Origin: Patescibacteria group bacterium
GTDB taxonomy: Bacteria; Patescibacteriota; Patescibacteriia; JAXHNJ01
Direction: 5' to 3'
Assembly: GCA_034520665.1 (NCBI GenBank)
Contig: JAXHNJ010000001.1
Coordinates: 322,579 to 386,578 of the forward strand
DNA length: 64,000 nucleotides
Shown here: in pieces, positions 56,944 through 64,000 of the stretch
Numbering within the stretch: the first letter of the stretch is position 1
Layout: each line of letters opens with the position of its first letter
Program-made: the position numbers and the translations under genes
Notes under the pieces: model-generated
Database searches by the model: none
Told to the model about the DNA's origin: nothing
Seen by the model: the letters and a program-made list of their open reading frames with translations, nothing else

Positions 56944-58332
56944 GTGCGTATAAAATTGGCTAAAATTAGCAAAATGAGACAAAAACAAAAATTTGCTAAA
57001 ACAAAAACTAACCATAAATTAGGGGTAGTAGCTCTTATAATATTAGCTGCTTTTTTGTTTATACCCAGTGTTAGAGCTTTAAATATTAATTCTAAGGACT
57101 TGGTTTCTTCTTTAAACGAGCTGGAAGAGAGTGAAGAAATTAGTGAAGAAACTCAGGAATACATTGATGAAGTTAGTCAGGAAATATTTGAAAAAAGAGA
57201 GCGTATTTCTGAGATCAATCAGCAAAAAGAAATTTATCAGCAAAATGTTAAAGAAAAACAACAAGAAGCGACTTCCTTAAAAAAAGAAGTTAATGTTTTA
57301 GATAATCAGATTGAACTGACAAGCTTGGAAATTTCAAAAAAGGAAACTGAAATTGAAAAAATAAAGTTAGAGATGGAACAGATTCGCTCAGAGATTAAGG
57401 AAAAAGATGAAAAAATAAACAGCCAAAAAGACCAGATCTCTGCTTTAATCAGGCAGATTTTTAAAAACGACAAAAAAAGCTATTTGGAAATAGCCCTTTT
57501 AAATAAAAACTTTTCTGAATTTTATAATGAAGTTAAATATCTTGATTCTATCCAGAGCAATATTAAAGAAGAGCTTTACAAATTTAAGGAGCTCAAGCAT
57601 GACCTTAAGATTCAGGAAGAAAATTTAAGCGGTAAAAGAAATGAACTGGATGATTATAAGGCTGGTTTACAAAATGAAAAGTCTGATCTTTCCCAGCAAA
57701 TGGATTATCAAGAAATTTTACTAGATGAAACAATGAGTACTGAGGCTGAATACGAAGCACTTTTAGAAGAATTGAAAGAAGAAGCCCAACAGACCCAGAC
57801 AGAAATTTCCTCTCTGGAAAAAAGAGCTCGAGCTAAACTGGCTAAAGAAAATGGGGAAGAGTATTATGGTGAATTTTCCGGCATTTTAGCTTGGCCAACT
57901 GACTCCAGACGAATTACCTGCGGCTTTCATGGCGCTGGTTATCCTTATGAAAAATGGCTGGGACCACATGCTGGTATGGATATTGGGGTAAGCCAAGGTT
58001 CAAATGTTTACGCGGCTGGTGACGGTTATGTAGCTATTGCTAGGAAACTGGACTGGAAAGTGGATTCCTATGGCCATAAACGCCCGGCTTATAACTATAT
58101 AAATATTATTCACAATGACGAAATATCTACTGTTTACGGCCATCTCAGTCAGGTTTTAGTTACTGAAGGAGACTTTGTCACTAAAGGACAAGTGATCGGT
58201 AGAACCGGGGGATTGCCCGGCACGGCCGGAGCTGGCTCGTTTTCTACCGGAGCCCACTTGCATTTTGAAGTGCGCCAGGTTAATACTAATGGTATCCCAG
58301 TTCCTGTTGACCCAGCCGGTTATTTGTTTTAA
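56944..58332 (+). CDS. Coiled-coil M23 peptidase (EnvC/PcsB-like architecture)
   Basis: N-terminal TM/signal, long coiled coil, HAGMD, YGHL, HLHFEVR. Confidence 0.88.
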   Translation: MRIKLAKISKMRQKQKFAKTKTNHKLGVVALIILAAFLFIPSVRALNINSKDLVSSLNELEESEEISEETQEYIDEVSQEIFEKRERISEINQQKEIYQQNVKEKQQEATSLKKEVNVLDNQIELTSLEISKKETEIEKIKLEMEQIRSEIKEKDEKINSQKDQISALIRQIFKNDKKSYLEIALLNKNFSEFYNEVKYLDSIQSNIKEELYKFKELKHDLKIQEENLSGKRNELDDYKAGLQNEKSDLSQQMDYQEILLDETMSTEAEYEALLEELKEEAQQTQTEISSLEKRARAKLAKENGEEYYGEFSGILAWPTDSRRITCGFHGAGYPYEKWLGPHAGMDIGVSQGSNVYAAGDGYVAIARKLDWKVDSYGHKRPAYNYINIIHNDEISTVYGHLSQVLVTEGDFVTKGQVIGRTGGLPGTAGAGSFSTGAHLHFEVRQVNTNGIPVPVDPAGYLF

Positions 58333-58367
58333 TATAATTACAAGCTATTTTAGCCAAAATATGCAAA

Positions 58368-58394
58368 AAATAGGGCCCAACTCGGGCTCTATTT
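58368..58394 (+). terminator. Intrinsic terminator
   Basis: aaatagggccc/gggctctattt hairpin. Confidence 0.6.
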
Positions 58395-58805
58395 ATTTTA
58401 AGGCTAATAGGTTTTAGGTGTGGCGGCGAGTCAGGTGGTTGGTTGTTAGGCTTAGAATAAAACCCATTGACTCAGCCTAATAACCAAACTAGCAGCTCGG
58501 CCCAAAACCCTTTTGTTTTAATGCTAATTGGTTATGGTTATAGCGGCTTCCGCCAAAGGCGGACAGGTGTAAGGTTTTGGTTTGGGTCTTGGAAATTTTT
58601 GTTTATAAAATCTAATATAATAATCTCTCCATTCATTTGCCTATGGCAACCTCAGCCTAAATGGTGCGAGACTATAATAATTTCAACCTACCTGGCGCCG
58701 GATTTATCCGGCGAGACATTCTTGACCAAAAATGATAATTATGATAAAAAGAAAGACTATTGAAACTTGTACCTTGCAATTTGTTTTTTAAAAAGGAGGA
58801 CCAAA

Positions 58806-59129
58806 TTGGAAACTCTTTATAATTTGTGGTGGGTATATCTGGCTATATCCTTGGGTATTACTTTTAGTCTTTTCAAAGGGGTTATAAAAGTAAATGGTGA
58901 AATTAGAAAAAATCAGCCATTACTTATAGCTTTGGCAATTATGTTTCAGATTTTCGGCTATTTAAGTATCATAAAAAAAATACCAGAACAGTTTCTAGAA
59001 ATTAATTCTATACATCTTTTAGTCGTTCTATTTATTGGTTTATGGCTATTATGCTATAATATATTTTTTAAAAGAACTAAGCCAAAAAAAGAGTTGTCAA
59101 ATAAGGACTGCGAAAAAAATAAATTATAA
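58806..59129 (+). CDS. Membrane protein, LYNLWW paralog 1 (possibly 3'-truncated)
   Basis: AAGGAGG SD then TTG, three TMs, homologous to the gene at 61230. Confidence 0.7.
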   Translation: METLYNLWWVYLAISLGITFSLFKGVIKVNGEIRKNQPLLIALAIMFQIFGYLSIIKKIPEQFLEINSIHLLVVLFIGLWLLCYNIFFKRTKPKKELSNKDCEKNKL

Positions 59130-59227
59130 TCAGAAGACAAAACATTCCAAAACCCTTTGTTTTGCTAATAGGTTTTAGGTGTGGCGGCGGGTCAGGTTTT
59201 GGTGGTTAGGTTTAGAATAAAAAGCCA

Positions 59228-59271
59228 TGTGGATAAGTTATTCTTGACAAAAATTTAGGCTCTGATATGAT
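59228..59271 (+). promoter_or_regulatory. DnaA box plus sigma70 promoter
   Basis: TGTGGATAA (59228), then TTGACA (59244)-16 bp-TATGAT (59266). Confidence 0.7.
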
Positions 59272-59277
59272 ATTAAT

Positions 59278-59428
59278 AACTTCACATTATAAGGAGTCTA
59301 TCCGGTACCACTGACCTTATGTCAGTATTCTCTAATCACATATCTTAAAAGTTGTACCACTCCTTATAAATCGCCCTTTCTTACCCATACCCGAGCCCTC
59401 GTCACCTGACGACGGGCTCCTTTTTTTT
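59278..59428 (+). ncRNA. Candidate ~150-nt small RNA
   Basis: Own promoter, stem ttataaggagt/actccttataa with inner helices, GC-rich terminator 59393-59428, no ORF. Confidence 0.55.
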
Positions 59429-59697
59429 ATTTGATGCTATTAGGTTTTGGTGTGGCGGCTAGTAAGGTTTGGGTGGTTGGGCTTGGAATATAAAACCATT
59501 GACTCAGCCTAATAACCAAACTAGCGGCTCAGCCCAAAACCCTTTGTTTTGCTAATTGGTTATGGTTATAGCAGCTGGTAAGGTTTTGGTTTAGATCCTG
59601 GAATGTGTTATGATGGTCTTTCTTGATTCAAAAAGCTAAGTGGCTTAAAATTAGGGAGTATTAACTAAATAGTCTTTAATAAGACTAGTAATTAAAT

Positions 59698-60267
59698 ATG
59701 CCAGAAATAATTTGTTCAAATAATAAAAAAATAGCCTACACACTCAAAAAAAGTAAGAGAGCCAAAAAAATGAGGTTATCTGTTAAGCTTGATGGTTCGG
59801 TGGTGATAGTTATACCTCATAGATTTAAAGAAAAAAAGGCGGAAAAGTTTATCAAAGAAAAAAGTGATTGGGTTATTTCAAAAAAAGAATTGGTTAAACA
59901 ATTCAAGGGAAACACAATTTGTCGTTACACTAAAAAAGATTATTTAAGGCATAAAGATCGGGCCCACAAACTGGTTGGTATTCGGGTTGATTATTTTGAT
60001 AAATTATATAATTTTAATTATCAAAAAATTACCATTAGAAACCAAAAAACCCGGTGGGGGAGTTGCTCCAAAAAAGGGAACTTGAGTTTTAATTATAAAA
60101 TTATATTTTTGCCCCCACGATACTTAGATTATATTATTTACCACGAACTCTGTCATCTCAAAGAATTTAATCACTCTCTTAAATTTTGGCATTTAGTAGA
60201 AACGGTTTTCCCGGATTATAAAGCCATAAAAAAAGCATTAAAGAAATACCACTTAAGTTTGGGTTAA
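59698..60267 (+). CDS. YgjP/DUF45 (M48-like) zinc metallohydrolase
   Basis: QKTRWGSCS, YHELCHL..NHS..FW. Confidence 0.9.
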   Translation: MPEIICSNNKKIAYTLKKSKRAKKMRLSVKLDGSVVIVIPHRFKEKKAEKFIKEKSDWVISKKELVKQFKGNTICRYTKKDYLRHKDRAHKLVGIRVDYFDKLYNFNYQKITIRNQKTRWGSCSKKGNLSFNYKIIFLPPRYLDYIIYHELCHLKEFNHSLKFWHLVETVFPDYKAIKKALKKYHLSLG

Positions 60268-60604
60268 GTATATTCTAATTTTTTTTGTAATAAAAAAAAG
60301 AGGTATTTATTAGGATTACTTTAGGTGGCTTTTAAAAGCTTCTTTTTTTGTTTTAATGCTAATAGGTTATGGTTATAGCAGCTGGTAAGGTTAAAAGGTT
60401 TAGGCTTAGAATAAAACCCATTGACTCAGCCTAGTAACCAAACTAGCAGCTCGGGGCAGGCAGAGTGAAGAAATCCTTATTTAAAAATATACTAATATAT
60501 TTTTTTAAAATTATATTTTTTGATATTGACGAAAACCGTTAGTTATGATAAAAAGAAAGACTATTGTACCTTGTAAATTTGTTTTTTAAAAAAGGAGGAT
60601 TGAA

Positions 60605-60982
60605 ATGGCAGCTCTTTATAATTTATGGTGGGTCCACTTTCTCTTGGCCGCGGGTATTATTATATTTATTTATGATGAATCAGGAATTACGTATAATCTC
60701 AAATTTTTTATAGCTCTTATAATCGGATTCATTATAGAAATATTTGGCATCATAAGTTTTTTGTCTGTTGTTACTATTAGTGAGTTTCTTATGAGAAGAA
60801 TTTATTCGGCGTTCATATTACTGGCTATAGCTGGTTATTTATATCTACTTATAAATTATCTTAAATTATTCATAGATGTGAAGGTTCATAAAGAAGTGAA
60901 TAGGAGAATTAGTCCAAAGACCCAAAATTTATGTTTGTATCTCACAATAATAGGCCTCGCTGTTCTCTTAGTTATTGGCTGA
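60605..60982 (+). CDS. Membrane protein, LYNLWW paralog 2
   Basis: AAGGAGG SD, MAALYNLWWV, four TMs, same leader as the other paralogs. Confidence 0.7.
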   Translation: MAALYNLWWVHFLLAAGIIIFIYDESGITYNLKFFIALIIGFIIEIFGIISFLSVVTISEFLMRRIYSAFILLAIAGYLYLLINYLKLFIDVKVHKEVNRRISPKTQNLCLYLTIIGLAVLLVIG

Positions 60983-61229
60983 AAAAAAGAACATTTAATA
61001 AAGCAGGTAAAAGATAATTAGCCTGCTTTTTTTTATTTAAGGCTAATAGGTTTTAGTCGTAGCGGCGGGTCAGGTTTTTGGTTGTTAGATTTAGAATGAA
61101 AAAACCAAACGAGGCAAACAACCTGGCGCCGGATTTATCCGGCGAGAAATTCTTGACCAAAAATAATAATTATGATAAAAAGAAAGACTATTGTTCCTTG
61201 TAAATTGTTTTTTAAAAAGGAGGACCAAA

Positions 61230-61616
61230 TTGGAAACTCTTTATAATTTGTGGTGGGTCTACTTGGCTATATCAATTGGTATTATGAGCAGTCTTTACAG
61301 AGGGATAATAAGAGTAAAAGGTGAATTTAGAGACCGACAAACAGCTCTGTTTGCTTTAGCTTTTGCTTTTCAAATTCTTGGCTATTTGTGTATCACCAAA
61401 AAAATACCAGAACATTTGTCGGTTATAAACTTTCTAAATGTCTTGGCTATTCTATTTTATATTTTATGGTTTATCTACCATGTATTATTTAGAAGAAGTA
61501 ATTTTAATTATAAAATACGAGCTGAGCTTAATAATTACGCAAGTAAAACATTTTTTCCGCTCTGGTTGACTCTAATAGTTCTAATGGGGGCTATAACAAT
61601 CTACCATTTGCTATAG
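61230..61616 (+). CDS. Membrane protein, LYNLWW paralog 3
   Basis: AAGGAGG SD then TTG, four TMs. Confidence 0.7.
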   Translation: METLYNLWWVYLAISIGIMSSLYRGIIRVKGEFRDRQTALFALAFAFQILGYLCITKKIPEHLSVINFLNVLAILFYILWFIYHVLFRRSNFNYKIRAELNNYASKTFFPLWLTLIVLMGAITIYHLL

Positions 61617-61625
61617 TTCCGATCG

Positions 61626-61657
61626 GCAGGCCAAATTCCCACGGCCTGCTTTTTTTT
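61626..61657 (+). terminator. Intrinsic terminator
   Basis: gcaggcc/ggcctgc plus T-tract. A related one lies at ~61000-61033. Confidence 0.7.
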
Positions 61658-62038
61658 ATTTAAGGCTAATAGGTTTTGGGCGTAGCGGCGGGTCAGGTTT
61701 TAGTTGTTGGGTTTAGAGATCTTGAAAGAAACTTTTTCCAGTATGGCGACGAGCTTGACCTAAAAAAGGCCGGGGCTATTAGTCGTAATAATATCTGTTA
61801 TCTTGCTATTTGCCTTGAAGATGGCACAACTGCCTTTCCCGCTTCGCCCTAGTGGTTTGAGGGTTAAAACCGGTCAAAATAGACCTTCCGACCATAATAT
61901 AAAATAATTGCATTTTTATCAATCAATTTGATCTTTTCTTAACGGAGGTTTGACACCTTACGTTTTTTTATATAATCCTTGCTTAATGTGATAATTAAAG
62001 GTAAATTTAATAAATAATAAAAAAATAATTTAAATATT

Positions 62039-63280
62039 TTGAAACAAAAGAGAGCTTTAGAGATTTTAAAAAAAGGACATAATGTTCTTCTGACCGGCGC
62101 CGCCGGAAGTGGGAAAACTTTTGTTTTGAACAAGTTTATTAGACACTTAAGGAAAAAAGAAATTAGCGGGGCTATTACCGCTTCAACCGGTATCGCGGCC
62201 ACCCATATTAATGGCCGAACAATTCACTCTTGGGCGGGCCTGGGTATTAATCATAGTTTTCCCGATAAAGTGATAAAAAAAATTATTAGAAATAAAAAAA
62301 TAAGAAAAAATATTAGGCAAACCAAAACTCTTATTATTGACGAAATTTCAATGCTTAATGATTATCACTTAGATATTATTGACCATATTTGTAAAGCGAT
62401 CAAACAAAGCTTAAAACCTTTCGGCGGGATTCAAATTGTCCTGAGTGGTGATTTTTTTCAACTTCCTCCGATTAGTGTCAGCCGAGGGGAGGGGAGTTTC
62501 GTTAATGAGGCTGTCATCTGGAATAATATGAATCTTAAAGTTTGTTATCTAACCGAGCAACACCGGCAAGCTGACAAAAAATATCTTAAGTTTTTGAATG
62601 ATATGCGTTCAAACAATATTTCAAAATCAACCAAAGATATTGTTCTTACTCGTCTTAATAAAAAAATTACAAACAAACTAACCGCGACTAAACTATACAC
62701 TCATAACTTTGACGTTGATACTCAAAATAATAATGAGCTTAAAAAGATTAAGAAAAAAGCCTATGGTTATGAAATGAAAGAAAAAGGACAGGCTAAATTA
62801 ATTAAAACTTTAAAAAAGAATTGTCTCTCTCCGGAATACCTTATTTTAAAAAAGGGGGCGATAGTTATGTTTGTAAAAAATAATCTAGATAAAGGTTATG
62901 TTAATGGCACGCTTGGGCAGGTGATCAGTTTTAATGAAGGTTTTCCGGTCGTAAAAACGCTTCATGGTAAGAGGGTACTAGCCAAACCGACTCGTTGGAT
63001 TGTGGAAGAAGATAATAAAGAATTAGCCAGTATTCACCAAATCCCCCTGCGTCTGGCCTGGGCCATAACTGTCCATAAGTGCCAGGGAATGACCTTAGAT
63101 CTCGCTGAGATAGACCTGAGCGCCTCTTTTACGCCTGGAATGGGTTATGTGGCTCTGTCACGACTAAGAAAGCTAAGTGGGCTAAAACTGGTCGGTATTA
63201 ACGAAATGGCTTTTGCGGTCAGTGAAAATGCGGTTAAACTGGACAAAGAATTGGCTAAAATGTCTCAGGAGAACGAGTAA
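62039..63280 (+). CDS. Pif1-family 5'-3' DNA helicase
   Basis: TGAAGSGKT, STGIAA, DEISM, GDFFQLPP, QIPLRLAWAITVHKCQGMTL, YVALSR. Confidence 0.92.
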   Translation: MKQKRALEILKKGHNVLLTGAAGSGKTFVLNKFIRHLRKKEISGAITASTGIAATHINGRTIHSWAGLGINHSFPDKVIKKIIRNKKIRKNIRQTKTLIIDEISMLNDYHLDIIDHICKAIKQSLKPFGGIQIVLSGDFFQLPPISVSRGEGSFVNEAVIWNNMNLKVCYLTEQHRQADKKYLKFLNDMRSNNISKSTKDIVLTRLNKKITNKLTATKLYTHNFDVDTQNNNELKKIKKKAYGYEMKEKGQAKLIKTLKKNCLSPEYLILKKGAIVMFVKNNLDKGYVNGTLGQVISFNEGFPVVKTLHGKRVLAKPTRWIVEEDNKELASIHQIPLRLAWAITVHKCQGMTLDLAEIDLSASFTPGMGYVALSRLRKLSGLKLVGINEMAFAVSENAVKLDKELAKMSQENE

Positions 63281-63413
63281 ATTAGCCCTTGCCAACTTTG
63301 GAGCTGGGAGGTAGATTTAAGGGTAGGGGAGACTTAAGCCTCCATTACCTTTCAGTTAGTTTTGATCAGATTTTGGATGAGGTGGAGGGGTGGAGTAATA
63401 ATTAAAAAATCAT

Positions 63414-63920
63414 ATGACTTTATCACCTGAAGAAAAACAAAAAATTTCTGAAGAAGAGAAATATCGCTCTGAACAGAGAAAAAAACATGAAAAAAAGAAG
63501 AAGAGTAGCAGCGCAATAGGCTGTTTGGTAATTATTATAATTTTAGTAATTGTGGGATTTGTTTCATGTAGTGGAGACAATGATCAAAATAATAGTACAT
63601 CCACCACAACTACAACCACATCGGATTCAATGGCATTTGTTATTGCCAAGGGTTTTGTGAGGGATTCTCTTAAGTCTCCTTCGAGTGCTGATTTTCCAAT
63701 CTTAGATTTTGTAAGTACATCTCTTGGAGAAAATCGATACCAGGTAACATCACATGTTGATGCAGAAAATAGTTTTGGGGTTATGATTCGGAGTGATTGG
63801 GTTGCCACTCTTAAATATTTAGAAGGAGATGACGCAGATCAAAATAACTGGGAACTTGAAAAGCTTATAATTGACGATGAAACAATTTATGAATCATTAA
63901 CTAATGATTTAGTAGAATAA
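63414..63920 (+). CDS. Single-TM hypothetical protein
   Basis: Charged N-terminus, TM, S/T linker, LKSPSSADF...VDAENSFG domain. Confidence 0.7.
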   Translation: MTLSPEEKQKISEEEKYRSEQRKKHEKKKKSSSAIGCLVIIIILVIVGFVSCSGDNDQNNSTSTTTTTTSDSMAFVIAKGFVRDSLKSPSSADFPILDFVSTSLGENRYQVTSHVDAENSFGVMIRSDWVATLKYLEGDDADQNNWELEKLIIDDETIYESLTNDLVE

Positions 63921-64000
63921 ATTTTGGATTGGGGGTATGGTAGGGGAGAGAAGATTCTAAATATTATAAAATGAAATTAAGACTGGCATAAATAATTGAA

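Larger units (their letters stand above)
58403..61717. repeat. Dispersed ~55-nt G/T-rich repeat family in both orientations
   Basis: Forward gctaataggtttt.gg.gt.gcggc..gt.aggtttt.gt.gtt.gg.ttaga at ~58403, 58523, 59164, 59436, 59551, 60358, 61042, 61664. Inverted ttgactcagcctaataaccaaactagc at ~58467, 59499, 60421. Confidence 0.85.

Noticed and set aside
58467-58763. 98-aa ORF
   Set aside because: Composed of the non-coding repeat and promoter sequence.
1180-63808. Short antisense or alternate-frame ORFs inside long genes (e.g. 38216..38761, 50829..51302, 39029..39433)
   Set aside because: Shadows of well-supported genes, with no motifs or initiation signals.

Overview
AT-rich bacterial chromosome segment whose gene content points to Patescibacteria/CPR (Parcubacteria-like). 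This lineage call is inference from stand-alone PEP-utiliser His-domain proteins, DUF4012, and a form III-type RuBisCO/AMP phosphorylase/R15P isomerase operon. Core genes include acs, OFOR alpha/beta, recJ, RNase H, an EPS cluster, murJ, lepA, ftsEX, fmt/def/priA, AmmeMemoRadiSam genes, argS, gltX and a Pif1-like helicase. There are three tRNAs, an RNase P RNA and a RAYT flanked by nine REPs. The most unusual structures are non-coding. (1) At 16.4-22.4 kb, a DnaA-box promoter and a ~950-nt ORF-free, highly base-paired leader precede an array of unrelated SD-led orphan genes. These genes are separated by a recurrent 'hairpin + hairpin + boxA-like' junction, which is a candidate antiterminated gene-cassette system. 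(2) REP-like hairpins sit in loops of structured RNA genes: two in rnpB and one in a decayed partial tRNA beside each of the three intact tRNAs. One intact tRNA-Thr(CGT) is nested in the anticodon loop of a tRNA-Thr(TGT) remnant. (3) At 58.4-61.7 kb, a second array has ~55-nt G/T-rich repeats separating three paralogous membrane genes, an M48-type gene and a candidate sRNA. All calls were made by eye without database searches, and hairpin boundaries may be off by a few nt.
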